A stretch of DNA of 64,000 bases from Trichodelitschia bisporula (Eukaryota). Both the position numbers and the translations under genes were made by a program. The stretch covers positions 138,606 through 202,605 of the forward strand of contig ML996709.1 in the NCBI GenBank assembly GCA_010356995.1, written 5' to 3'. This document shows positions 51,483 to 64,000 of this stretch, one piece after another (within the stretch, counting starts at the first letter, position 1; each line of letters starts with the position of its first letter). Below the pieces are notes generated by a model. The model searched no databases. It was not told the DNA's origin and worked only from the letters and a program-made list of their open reading frames with translations.

Positions 51483-53029
51483 ATGGTGGAAGACAAATAT
51501 GTCGGGTTGATACTGGCGGTGTTGTCAACGCTAGCGATTGGTATGTCTTGTGGTGGGGGAGGGGATGCAGGGTGGCTAACGCGCGCAGGCTCAAGTTTCG
51601 TCATTACGAAGAAGGGCCTTAATGAAGCGAGTGAGGAGCATGGATTTGAGGGGGATGGATTCGCGTACCTGCGGAGTCCGACGTGGTGGGGCGGAATCGT
51701 GACGAGTAGGTTTTGCCTATCTGTCCTCCTGGAGGGGTGGGGCTGGGCTAATCCGCGTAGTGGTCGTCGGCGAAGTGGCGAATTTTGCGGCGTATGCTTT
51801 TGCGCCTGCGATTCTGGTGACGCCGTTGGGAGCGCTCAGCGTGTTGATTGGGTATGTCGAGCGTTCTTGGGTTGGACGATGCTAATGGTGTCAGCGCGGT
51901 GTTGGGTTCTTACTTCCTCAATGAACGCCTCGGACTGCTAGGCAAGATTGGCTGTGCCATCTGCCTCATTGGATCTGTCATTATTGTGCTCCATGCGCCA
52001 GCGGATGAGGAGATTGAGTCGATTGACAAGCTGCTCGAGTACGCTATGCAGCCAGGTACGTCTGCCGATATGGGACGCATCGAACATTGCTGATGGCCAC
52101 GACCAGGCTTCATGTTCTACTGTCTGCTCGTCGGCGTCTTCTCCATCGTCATGATCTACAAAGTGGCGCCCAAGTACGGGCGCAAGAACCCGCTCATCTA
52201 CATCTCCATTTGCAGCACCGTGGGCAGCGTGTCCATCATGGCAGTCAAGGCCTTCGGCATCGCGCTGAAGTTGACCATCAACGGGCACAACCAGTTCACG
52301 CACGCGTCCACCTACGTCTTCATCATCGTGGTGGTAGTCTGCATCCTAACCCAGATGAACTACTTCAACAAAGCCCTAAGCCAATTCTCCACCTCTNNNN
52401 NNNNNNNNNNNNNNNNNNNNNNNNNNNNNNNNNNNNNNNNNNNNNNNNNNNNNNNNNNNNNNNNNNNNNNNACCTAACGTGCACCCAGCGTCAACCCCCT
52501 CTACTACGTAACCTTCACCACCGCCACCCTCTGCGCCTCCTTCATCCTCTACCAAGGCTTCAACACCTCCGACGCCATAAACACAATCTCCCTCCTCTGC
52601 GGCTTCCTCATCATCTTCTCCGGCGTCTACCTCCTCAACCTCTCCCGCGAAGATCCAGACGGACACACCCTCGTCGGATCTGCGTCCCCCGGCCACCGCG
52701 GCGGGTTCCACGACGCTATCCCCACCGACTCGCTTACGGCCTTCGGTACCCGCCGCTCGATGCAGGCGCGCCGCAGCAGTGTCGAGACGCCAAGGATGCA
52801 TTCGCGCACGCATAGCTGGGGTGACCGTGAGGGCCTGATGGAGAACTTCGCCCTAAACGAAGTCACCGAGGACAGCGAAGATGAGAACGCGCGCAAACGC
52901 GGCGACTTGGAGGCAGGGCTTGGGGGCCGCGGGGGAAGACTCAGTGGGAGTGGAAGGGTGAGGCAGGGCGGTGTGCCTGCTGACTTGATTGTGAGCAAGA
53001 CGAGGGGGGGTGGGGGGGAGGGCAGGTAG
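51483..53029 (+). CDS. NIPA-family magnesium transporter (DUF803)
   Basis: [75 protein letters not shown]. About 5 introns, one containing the N gap at 52397-52471. Confidence 0.93.
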
Positions 53030-53375
53030 GGTCCCTGCCATGGGGGGATGATGGGTATGATATTATGATTTAGAGGGGCGTTTGGGGGCTGGGCTGGATT
53101 TTGTGGGTTTGGCTGGGACTGGACTCTTGGGGTCTGTGTCTGCGTACGCCGAGGATGGAAACGGGTGCTACGGGTGTACCATATGGCGTTTCGTGTCTGC
53201 TTTCTGGGGGGATTGGATAGCGGGCTCCGGAGGCCTGGCTGGGGAGGTACGATGGGCGGTAGGAATGGCTTTTTGCATTGCCGCAACGGACAACGACGTG
53301 AAGCACACGATCGGTTACAATTACTAACACCCACCTCCCCTCCCCCCTTCCCCCACCATCCTCCCTCAGGAGGAA

Positions 53376-56300
53376 CTAAAAAATATCCTCACACCCCTCC
53401 CACGTCCCCCCCCTAGCAACCGCATCCCTATCCCTCCAATACCCCCCCTCAAACCGCCAATACTCCTCCCCTGTCACGCTACACCTATCCTTCACAAACC
53501 AGCGTGGCACAAACTCCGTCCCGTCCTGCTCCCTGCGCCTCCGCGCCGCGCGCTGCTTCTCCTCCACCCTATTCTTCTCCGTGGCCGCGAGGTCGTATTC
53601 ACCGTCTTCCATCGCGCGCTGGTCGGGGCGCAGACGCGTGTCCGTGGGAGCGAGGAGAGGCTTCAAATTGGAGGGGAGGGCGTTGAGGGTGAGCACGAAG
53701 GGGGTTAGGTTGAATGGTATGCCGGTGGGGCGGGCGTGGGCTTCCCAGACGAGGAAGGCTTGTGCTGGGGGATGCGAGGATGGGTCTTTATCCCTCGCCG
53801 CCGCGGCCGCGATGCCGTGCGCTGAGATAGAGCTCGGCGACAGGGCGGCGTCTTCATACCCCGGCGTAAGCCGCGCATAAATCTTCTGATTCCAGTGCCC
53901 GCCGATGGTCCACCGCGGCTTGCCTGTGGCATCGAGCACGCGCCCGACGACTTGGAACGCGGAACTCGCTTTCCAGCCGCGGGGCTTGAAATCAATGGTG
54001 CACACTTCGCCCGTAGACCAGTTCTTAACTTCCATGACGCCGTAGTTGTCGACGGTTGGGTTACCCGTGATGATGCCTATGACGGAGGAAGTGACTTTTT
54101 TCCACGTGTACAGTTCCTCCCCGCCGGAACTGGGGCGCAGGCGCAGGAACCATGTCCCCAGGGGGTTGATGTCGAAGCTTTTACCGTAGAATTTGGATTT
54201 TACGGCGGATTCGCCCTGGGCTTTCGTTAGTTTTCTTCTCCTTCTTCTTCTTCTTCTTGATGATGATGGGGGAGGAGGGGTGCTCACGTAGTAATCCCAG
54301 CTCGGACTCTCAGCCCACGCCGCCCCGATGGGCGGGTGGTGGCTGACCTGCTCGATGAAGAAGCGAAACCCCTTGTCCGGGCGCGCGTACTCGTACGTCT
54401 CGCCCAGGAGAGGATTAAACGGCTTCGCGACGCGTCCGATGGTGGACGCGTACTCGCTAGCCGCGAAGGCGGCGACGTACACCATGCGCTCCGTGGAGTC
54501 GAGGCGCGAGGCGGCGGTGTCGAGTAAGTCGGTGTACTCCATGTCCTCGGCTACGCGCTGGAGCAGCGAGGTCGGCTCGTTGAAGGAGACTGGGAGGGTC
54601 ATTTTGGTCATGTCTTTGCCGATCATGGACTTGAGGATGCCCTGGGGGAGTTAGTAGTTGCATGTCTTCTACAGGCATCAAACGTACCCATAGCGAAATC
54701 TTCGGCCGATCATCCGCGTCCATCTTCAACCGCGTCCGCACAGGATCCTCATACCCCTTAAACGACGTCCGAATCTCCTGCAACAACTTCTCGCGCCCCT
54801 CACTCGTCGGCACAACCTGCTTCTCATCCACCGGACTCGTAAGCGGCATCTCAACAACCTCCACCTCCCCAGCACCAATAGCATCAAAAAACTCCTCGTC
54901 ATCATCCGAGTCCGAATCCGGCACATTCGACAAATCAACAAACGTCGACCGGCGCCTCGATGGCGACGCTAACCCCTCGTCCGCGTTGACAAACTCATCC
55001 GGCTGAGGCGCGAGCGCCGGCGTCGTAGGCTTGCTCTCATTAACCGCGAGGGTAACCAGCGCATCCCGCAGCGCACGCTTAGTGCGCTTGCGCTTGTCCT
55101 CCGACTCGCCGATCTTCGTCTCCAGCGCCTCTTGCTCATGCGCGACGCGCGCCATGCTCTCCTCCCACATGCGGCGAATGCCCGCCTCGCGGTCAAGCCG
55201 GTACTGCCAGTAGGCGTCGCGGTCGCGCGAGATGCGCAGCAGGTCGCCAACGAGGTTCTTGAGATTACCGACAGCGGAGTCATAGGCCGAGAGGGCTTGC
55301 GCAACCCCCGGGTCCGAGAGCGGCAGGTCAGGGTGCGCTGTGCGCTCGGCTTGCAGCGAGGTCGATACCTGCGCGAGAAGGTCGAGTTGCAGGCGCACTG
55401 AATGCGCCGTGATGTTGAAAGCATCTTTGCTGGCGGGCTGCGCCTCGTGGCTACTGGCGTCGTCGCCGTACTCTTCATCATCATCCAAGTCAGCTTCAAT
55501 GGTCGTAGTGTTTGCCTGGCTGACCATCTTTGCGAGATCGGCGCCGGCAAAGCTGGGTTCGTATGCAGACGTGCCCATATCATCGTCATCAGCGACGGTG
55601 CTAGCTTGATCTTGCGACGTTAGATACGAAATAAGAGGCACAATTTAGAAGCTTACTGCTTGTGAGTGGCACTCCCAGAGCCGTGCTCGGGATGAGATGA
55701 TGCTTGTTCTTCGTGCTCTGCAAACTCGAGTTGTCGCCATCGCGCGTTGACACGGGACGACGGTCAACCTCAAGCCTCGCGTTGCGCAGTGCCTCCTGTT
55801 CCTGCACCTGGCGACGTTCCTCTTCGCGCGCCTCGTCCTTGGACCACTGGATGGCGTTGTTGAGCGCCCAGTACCAGCGCTTCGCCTCGACTTCGTGGTT
55901 CGCTTTGAGGTGGTACTTAATCGATGACTTGCCCTGGATCTCGAAGCGTAACTTGTCCTGCGGGTCCATGTTGAGCTTCGCGATGCGCATGTTGATGGCG
56001 CCACGGCAAGCGGATCCCGAATCATCTGCTCTGTCAGCCGTGCCTCGTACGCGTTGAGAAGCGAACCCACCTTGGTGCTTGTAGTAGCTCAACACGCCAT
56101 CTTCCAGCACGAACCAGCGCAGTTTCCAGCCGCCCGTATAGTTGGTCCACTTCTTGAGATAGCCCTTCATTTCGCGACCCTCCTTATTACTCAGCAGAGG
56201 ATCCGCCACTCCGGGCGCCACCTTAGCCGGGCTGGCACCCAAGATCGTCTTTTCCTGGATTCCCTGCCGCGCCTCTGCCGCAGCCGGCGACTTCTTGAGA

Positions 56301-57370
56301 ATAGCGCGCGTCCGGTCATCCTTGGTCACATCCTGCGGAAGCTTGCCCTTGCGGTCGCGCCGGAACGGATCCGCCCCATTGAGCAGCAATACCTGAATCA
56401 GCTTCATATCCCGGCGCCGCGCCGCCTCGTGCAGTAATGTCCCGCCCGTCTCGACCGTCACCGCTTCTGTAGCCAGCTCACCGCCGTTGACGTCGACAGT
56501 GGTCTGCACGCGCGGGTCCTTGAGCACCCGCTCGAGGCCTGTATGGTCCCCGGCAGCGACGAGTTCGTGTATGCGCTTCACATTATCATCGATAAAGAGC
56601 GACCGCGCAAGCTGCAACGCCTGAGATATTTCGGGCGTATAGGCCTGATCTAGCGGCGTCTGGCCCGCGTAGTTCGTCAAGCTGTCGTTCACGCCATCCT
56701 GGTCGAGCAGCAGGCGAACGACAGGAGCGCGGCCTAGCTTCGCCGCTACGTGTAGCGGTGTGTTACCGTCGCGGTCGCGCGCATTGAGTCCCGCCGGTGG
56801 ATCGGCCGAGGCCACGATAGTTGATAGCACGTATTCGATGACGGGGAGCTCGGCGCATTGGATGGCTAAATGGAGGATGGTCGTGCCTTCGACGCGGCCA
56901 GCGCTCGACGTCGATGCAACCGATTGATTCGACAGTGCAGCAGGCGACTGCTCGCGGATAGCCTTTGCAATGGCCGCGGTATCACCATTGCGCAGCGCCT
57001 CGAACAGACGGAACAGCTTGACCGACTGCTCGAGCGTGGTTGCAGTAGGCGACGAGGGCTGCGGCAGCTCGGGCTGTGCCTGCGACGGCGGCGAGTGCTG
57101 CGCCGTGCTATCGCCTTCCACTCTACTCATGGTGGTGGAGAGGTGGGGTCGGTGCCGCGAACGGGACGAGCCGTGGTGAGAGCGGGGCTGGGAGGGTAGC
57201 GAGACGTTGGAATCGGAGGGGGAGGTGATGACGACGTTGCCACCGGTCTGCAGCTGAGGCTCATCGCCATCAGAGCCCTCCCGGACGTCCTGCTTACTGC
57301 TACCGACTTTGGATAGCAGCGACTTGGCGATCTGCGACTTGGACCGCTTGTGGTGATCCTTCGGCTCCAT
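53376..57370 (-). CDS. OSH1: Oxysterol-binding protein with ankyrin repeats, PH domain, FFAT motif and ORD (Osh1/Osh2 type)
   Basis: Ankyrin GNTPLHVAA and [10 protein letters not shown] domain [33 protein letters not shown] (about 54878-54898); [36 protein letters not shown]. Several introns. Confidence 0.95.
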
Positions 57371-57987
57371 GATAACACGGGGGTCCAGGGTTTGGACGGA
57401 GCGTTGGCTAGCGGCCTCCCAGACGGCCAATGGACGACGATAAGGCGCCCGGATGAAATGATATGCGAATGTGGTGGTGATAAGTGGTTAAACGGAGGTT
57501 GCGGGGTGGTGAGAAGAGGAGGGGAGGGGGAAAGGAGCATGCAAAGATCTGGAGGTGTCGTTTGGGGAGAGAGCGGGGCTGAGGTCTTGGTGTTTTCCCC
57601 CTGTCCCGCCATAACGTCACAGGTAAATGCCTGAGGCACCAGCCGACGACATTTCGACAGAGGTCGCTTGGGAGCTCTAGCGAACTTCCTCTTTGGGCAA
57701 TGCGTGATGCAACCTCACGGCCGACAGACTACTTAAGGAGAAGCAAGCCGATGGCTTACTCTCGCCCCTCCGGATAATGTTGATCGTTGTGCCAGTGTTC
57801 TTGCAATTTACATCTTGAATGCCAGAGCCAAGTCGACGATTAGGCCACATTTGAAGCTTATGGATGTTTCATCTCGTTGCCGGATAATGTATACAAACGT
57901 ACAGCTTCATCCAGCTCCGTACAAGAATACACCTTGGGCGACGAGAGCTATAGAGCCACGGGTTGTAGTGTCTCATGCTTTTGCTCC

Positions 57988-59081
57988 TCACTCGCCGTGG
58001 ATAAGTACCACCACACTCCCAAACTGCCTCCTCAAATCCTCCCGATCCACATCATGCGTATCCTCCACCTCCCCCCACAAATCCGTCTGCCACCTAACCT
58101 CACACGTACATGCCATAACCGCCTCCTCAATCCCAAACCTCTCCACACCTTTCTCCCTGACCTCCTCAAACTCCCCACTCCACTCCACCACCAACCGCGC
58201 CGCAACAAGCAAGCTCTTCCCACTCAGCACTGCCCTCTCCAACCCCGCAAGCTCAAAAGCCGGCAGCGCAGCAATCCACCCGCGTATAACCTCCACCGTC
58301 TCCTCCGCCTGCTTAACCGGCATAATACTCCCCTCCTCCAGTACGGGGCGAATATCAACCCCCTTCCACACCGTCCGCGTCAAATCACCCACCACCCGCT
58401 CCGCCTCCTTAACCTGCATCTCCCTCAAACTTCTACCATCCTTCTCCGGCTCCTGCCCCTCCGCCCAGCAAAGCAACGTATCCGTCTCCAAATACCGCAT
58501 CATCAACTCCGTAATCCCCTCCCGTATCTCCCCATCCCCCCTCCCATCCGCCTCCCGTATATCCACCGCCCGCGCCGCAAGCCCGGTAAGCGGGACATAC
58601 GCCGTCTTAAGCGCTTGAGCCGCACTAACAAGCTGATCCCACTCCAGGGCAATAGCAGCAGCAAGATGCGGCCTGTTGCGCGGAATCACAAGGATTTTCT
58701 TCTCGGCTGTACGCACCGGGCGCGAGTCCAGCAGCACCTGGTATCCATCTAGCACCCCGTTAGCACGTGCGAACAAAACCCGGATTCCGTCCTACCTTCG
58801 ACTTCGCGCACCGAGACATTCTTCCAGAACCGCCGCTGTAGACCTCCCTCCGCCGGACGTGCACCACCCTTCTGCAGCAGCGCTGCTTGTCGCTTGCGCC
58901 GCGCAAGCCGCTCGTCGTAGTAGGCTTCTGGTTGCGGGGGCGGGGGCGGCGGACCCGGGGCCGTGGGGTGAGCGATGGGAGTGGCGGGGTTAGGTGGTGA
59001 GGTGTGCAGACATCGGACACAAGGGCGAAGGCGCAAGGGCCGCAAGCTGGATGCAAGAAGACGGGGACGGAGCGCTTCCAT
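57988..59081 (-). CDS. ATP12: Mitochondrial F1-ATPase assembly factor ATP12
   Basis: Arg-rich presequence-like start; RRFWKNVSV..LDSRPVRT, AIALEWD, RYLETDTLLC, AGLERAV..KS, EV.WQ..WGEVEDTHDVDRED. Intron 58795-58749. Confidence 0.93.
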
Positions 59082-59338
59082 TGCGATGTCGTGAGGCAAT
59101 TGGGATATGTGAAGTACTGGGGCAGTTGGAGGAGAGAAAATGACGAAGTTGAAGTCAATTGGTCTGTGCACGAACATGGATCAAAGGCCTTGGCGTTGCG
59201 GACAAATCAGGAAAGAAGCACAATTTGATTGATGAATGCCAGCCTTGCCGCGGATCACGTCTACAACCAAAGTGCGAGACCTCCATCACAACCTGCTGCA
59301 CCTTATATCGGAGCATATGAGCCTGCATGTCCCGATTT

Positions 59339-61135
59339 TTAGGCCCATGGGCAACCCATCGGTTGGCCCTTAGGTACAGCGTACGGACCAAAGTCCACAT
59401 TTTCCTCCTCCAGGCGAGCGAGCGGCTTTTCCTTTGGTTTACCCGTCTTGTTGACTACCTTCAATGGTTTGAGCTCTTGCGCAAGCTTACTGTCAGAAAT
59501 GGCTCTTTGGCCCGTCTGAGAACTCCCACCTATTTCAGTGTTTTCCGTTCCTTCAAAGCTCAGAGGGCCCAGCTTTGGGCTGCAGTACGGCTTGATCGTA
59601 TCTTCGTCCTCAGTTTCCTGCCCCTGTTTAGTCTTGAATAGTTTGGTAGCAGACGAACTAACCTCTGGAATGTCTGCGTCACTCTTTCCGGGTTGCTGGG
59701 CCGCTAAATCCGCATTCGCGCGGACAATGATCTCCTTGACCGCAGTCTTTGTTTCGGCCTTGCCCTTGGTTTGACCTTCACTCGACATGGAATGTCCGGG
59801 GGCATAGTCAGAGGTCTGACTCAGCTCAATCGTTTTCATTATGGTGTCAGCCGGCGGAGGGTCCCCGCGAGTCTCGGCACGGGTGCACTCGGTCCGCAAT
59901 CCAAGCCATCCATACCACGGGAGACCAGAGTCAGTATGCGAGCTTGTAGTGGTTGTGAAACCACTGTTGACAGCCGCAGGTTTTGGTGGAAGCGGCACTC
60001 CCGCAGTATCGGATCCACGGGGACTGTCGACGGTCTCCTCGCGGCTCGTAACCCAGTGCATTATCAAGACGTTGAAAAGGACTGGATGTTAGCCGGGAAC
60101 GCATCATTTAGTAAAACTTACTGTCGGCCAAACAGCACGTCAAACATACCCAAGCCAGTTCACCATCCCGGGCCGCCAGCACCGATAGGTTGGTGACACT
60201 ACTCGTTAGAGTTGCGAAGCTTCCGATCAGAGACCGCACCGCGATGCGGCGCAGCTTTGGGTTGCTGTTGGTGCGGTAGGAGTAGAGAGCACGGACGTGT
60301 ACGACGAAATAGCCGGTCAGGTAGCAATTGATGACGATCTCGAAGACAATCATTGGAATAAGTGCCTTACGCGCGATGCCTATCACGCACATGCCCTTGA
60401 CATTGAAGAAGTGAATGCGGTAAAGGTAAGTGATTATGAAGATCGTGGAGTAGCATGCTTCTCTGTCAGGATCCTGTCTACAAAGCACAATACAACTCAC
60501 CTCCGGTCCCGATGGCGTTTGCAAGGTACACTTTGTCCTTAATCCGAGGAACACGCCGGCCGCCAACAATGCGCTTTGACGTCAGCCTTGCGGGAGCTCC
60601 ATCTTCGGGACTTACAGCTTTCTCTACGAAGTAGTAGTACAGCAGGATCTTCGTCGTCAAGTAGAAGGTGAGGCCTAGTAGTCAGCCTAATTCAACTTTG
60701 TAAGAGGCTTCTTACAAAGCAATATAGAGGCGTGGCACATGCTCCCGGAGATATTGACACCGACGCCATACCGGATGACACCCGAGACGAAGCAGAAGAT
60801 GAACGAATCCACAAACATCAGGAGCAGCACTATCGCAATTTCTGATCAGTAGGGAGAATTCATGAGGATGAGGTGCAGGAGTACAAACGGATTGAACTCA
60901 GAGGGATTTTCAGCCACTCAGAGGGACTAGGCCAGCGACGGACTAGGTATGTCAGTACATGCTTGTCCTTTACGGGGGGTAACTTACAGAGGCACACAGT
61001 GATGGCAGGAAGAGTAATGAAATACAGGGCCACAGAGAAGACATTTCCGAGGGTTGGAACTTGCCCCCCATGGACATTGCTGCTGGTAGGGTTGGTGGCC
61101 GCCCGCAGGTTGCCGTAGGGCTTGATGCCAGCCAT
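59339..61135 (-). CDS. Fungal multi-pass (about 7 TM) GPCR-like membrane protein with polar C-terminal tail
   Basis: Successive hydrophobic segments over about 6 exons (FSVALYFITL, LLMFVDSFIF, YLTTKILLYYYFVEKA, CVIG, VINCYLTGYFV, LTSSVTNLSVL, WVCLTCCLAD..LIMHWVT). Start may be 61135 or 61303. Confidence 0.7.
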
Positions 61136-62055
61136 AGGGATGAATGTGAAGGGGTAGGCTCGAGGGACGAAGAAGTTTCTAGGTCGTAGAGGGCCTGCGA
61201 CGCATAGTGATGGTGAAGAGGGTGAGGTATCGTGGGGTTGAGAGTGGTGGAAGGCACTAAAGCCTTCAACAGTGGTATCCTCGGGGTGAGGAAGGAGCGA
61301 CATGGGGAGGGTGAGCTCACGGCCAGGAAGGAGCGAGCAACGAAAGATAAACGATGCACCAGAAGATGCATGATAGGCATGTCACAAAGAAGTGCATCAA
61401 TTCCACCGATCCACTTGCGAACAAGATGGTGAGGCCGTGACTTCTGGTGCAGTCTGCAGCCCATCGAGGATAGCAGCGAGTCCCCGTCAACGAGCAAGAG
61501 CCCCTGTCTCCCAAACTTTGAGAGCAAGAGTAGAGGGCTGAAACAATCATTGGACATCGAGGATAATCATGCTCTGGTTGTGGTGGGGCGAGAAAAGATG
61601 ACATATGGGAGGCGGAGTTTGTCGGGCGGCTGCAAGAGAGCTATCGAAGAGCCACCGAGAGGCATTCTGGACGAAACGGCGGCAATGGGCCAGTATCGGT
61701 AGGCAAGCAAGCAAGAGACATCGATCTGAGCCGCCCGTGGGTGGGAAAGCAGAGCGCAGCCAAGGGCCAGGCTGAGGGTTAGTTGCGGAAAGCGCGTTGA
61801 CGAGAAAGAGGCAGCGCGACTCCCTTTTCTGTCACGACCCCACGACGAACAAAATCAACAAATACCCTTCACCTCCTACTCTGTTCCTCTTCCATTTTGT
61901 TCCGCACGTTTTAACGTCGCATATCTATCTCCATTGTTCCATGATAACATCTTCTTCAATTACTCATCTATTGCTAGTGGAAGTCATGCCTTTCCTCAGT
62001 TAGTTGACATCTCACAGTACACGTATTAGCTTTACTTACGGGTTTTGCTCTCAGA

Positions 62056-63093
62056 GAAAATCCAGCAGGCCGTTTCCAAATTGCGTGCAGGCTTGCCATC
62101 CAAAGAGTTCATCTGGGTAAGCTTCTCCACGTTTGCATCGGCCTGTCAGGCGACCTACTCACACTTGTCAGCCATATGAAACAGACACGGAATGGCTCAT
62201 CGTCGACCATGAGAACCTCAAGTTGCAAGGTCTCCGGCGGTGGGAGATCCTGCGCTCCTTCAAGAGATGCGTTCTTATGGTCGATGACGACCCAGATGTA
62301 CACCTAGCTTGTGACGAGCTTCTCCGAATTGTCACCATCAACCTGGCGACTACCCGACCAAACAGATTCCGTCTTGACGCCACCGGCACCAGGCGGTATA
62401 TCGAGAACATGATAACTGGCGAGGACGTCTTATCGATCCTCCATTCACCAAGCATCCATTAGAGAAACTGGTAGATCTCGCGGTGGAGGATTTCTTCATC
62501 TTCGTGCCCAACCCAGATGGGGAGTATCGTCTGTGAGTGCTACGCCTGTTGGCCGGTTTAGACTCACGCAAGTAGACAAGCTGCTATTGAGCTCTTCCCG
62601 TTCGGATGGGAAGTGAACGACAACTTCGGATCGACGGCCGCCGAGCTGGATTACACAGAGTGAGTTGCTTGTTCACGATGAGATAGGATGCTGACACGAC
62701 AGGTTTCTCCGCGGTATTTCCAAAGGGCCCGTCCTGAACTGTTACATGACGGGCTTCCAAGCTGACATTTCTGCTCAGCATCTTCGGACGAAGTACTTCG
62801 TTCGGGACTCCGAATATTTCTTTCCGGATGGCCTGCACCAGCTGACAGCGGAGAACCTAGTAGCCCGACGCCTGACAATAAACTTCAGGAAGCTGCCAGT
62901 CTCCGGCGCTCTGGTTACCGTGGCCCACACGCGCTTGAAGCATTTGACCGACCATACCGACCAGGAACTACGCCAGCTGGTGAAGGAGCTCAACTCAATG
63001 CCGGTTGAGTTATTGAGCCATACTAGCCGCGCCCTTTGGGATGGCCTGGTCCGGGAGTACCGCCGCTCTAGACAGTCCTACCGATCAACTTAA
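62056..63093 (+). pseudogene. DUF3445 (heme-dependent oxidative N-demethylase-like) gene with a frameshift
   Basis: EWLIVD..ACDELL..LATTRPNRF..ENMITGE, then a frame change near 62455 to PLEKLVDLAVEDFFIFVP.PDGEYRL|QAAIELFPFGW, later FRKLPVSGALV..HTRL..MP..W. Start not located. Confidence 0.65.
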
Positions 63094-63455
63094 CCTGAAA
63101 AAATGGAGTACCTCTTTTAGAGAGTTGACTCGTTACGCTTACCGAAAAGACCGGTCCATTCTGAATACGTGGCTCCATACTTTTGACTTCATATATCAAA
63201 AGAGGCCTTCAGCGGCCCGGCTGCTCTCATTTATGAGCGTCTTTCACGGCCAGACAATTCCGAAAGACGTCCTGTTCGGAAATTATGAAGAGCCGGGTGA
63301 CCCCGAGCCTGGCCTTGACGAGCAAAAGCTCGCCTTTGAGAAGGACGTGGTCATGATCCTGGGCTTCTCTCTTCTGCAAAACTGAGGAGAAAGCAAGTTC
63401 GAGATGCATCATCTTGTACAGCTCACAACCCAGCAGTGGGTTGAGAAGCGCACAT
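63094..63455 (+). pseudogene. Fragment of a fungal NLR (NB-ARC-TPR type), post-NB helical/winged-helix region
   Basis: SILNTWLHTFDFI..PSAARLLSFMSVFHGQTIP..FEKDV..ILGFSLL..*..FEMHHLVQLTTQQWV, with in-frame TGA at 63383-63385. No P-loop or TPRs seen. Confidence 0.7.
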
Positions 63456-64000
63456 CTCCAGGCTCACCAATGGATCTCGTTTTCATGCCGAACACCTCCT
63501 CTGCAACGGACCCCTGTGATATTTTGACAGCTTACATTGACTATGAATTGGCCGGAGCGACATGTTAGTGAGTTCTCAGAATGCTAAGCAGACTAACCTT
63601 TGACCACTCGTGTCCAGACTTCTGGGTCTCCATTTAGACTCATGATTCTTCATCCTTGCCACTGGCAGGGGCCATCGAAGCCTCAGGAGCCTGTGAGTAG
63701 TCTGTGTTCACTTCAAGTTGCGCCACAAATTTCTCCAACTCACAGACCCTTTGGGCCATTTTGGGCCACATCCAGTCCTAACGAACCTATTTTTCTCAAC
63801 TTTGAGAACTGCGACTAGATATAAAAACCCAGGACTTTTCCAACCTCGATAATCCCCCGATCGGTCAAGCCGATCACGTCCCAGTCCAACGTTGACTTCA
63901 TGGAGGCAACACACTCAGCGGAAAGATGGCTGGAGTTGCATGACATGTCCATGAGACGCTGGTTCCAAGGTTACGCTATTGATCCGGTCCAAACTCTCGA

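Noticed and set aside
63840..63885. CCTCGATAAT..GTCAAGCCGATCACGTCC resembles the array core
   Set aside because: Spacing is about 8-9 nt shorter and the other array blocks are absent; cannot be separated from chance without an HMM.

Overview
Intron-rich, GC-rich filamentous ascomycete (Pezizomycotina-like) genomic DNA with three N gaps. Most introns are short (about 43-60 nt) GT-AG introns with CTAAC/CTGAC branch sites. Recognisable genes: Zn2Cys6 transcription factor, glutamate decarboxylase, VWA-Hint (Vint) protein, CVNH lectin, SAGA subunit Spt20, intron-containing tRNA-Ser(GCT), a Q/P-rich conserved protein, an Mss116/CYT-19-like DEAD-box helicase, Rcm1/NSUN5-type m5C methyltransferase, APC4, coatomer delta, an acidic DUF2420-like protein, a NIPA Mg2+ transporter, an Osh1/2-type OSBP, ATP12 and a multi-TM GPCR-like protein. 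Accessory material: a duplicated orphan-gene and repeat patch (16.4-20.7 kb), a heavily deleted Ty3/Gypsy chromovirus relic next to the tRNA, and a broken DUF3445 gene abutting an NLR fragment at the right end. The most striking unexplained structure is a 12-unit, apparently non-coding tandem array (about 36.9-40.2 kb) between two convergent RNA-metabolism genes; each 217-358 bp unit has an about 190-bp conserved block plus a length-variable linker. All family assignments are by-eye motif recognition; no database searches were run.
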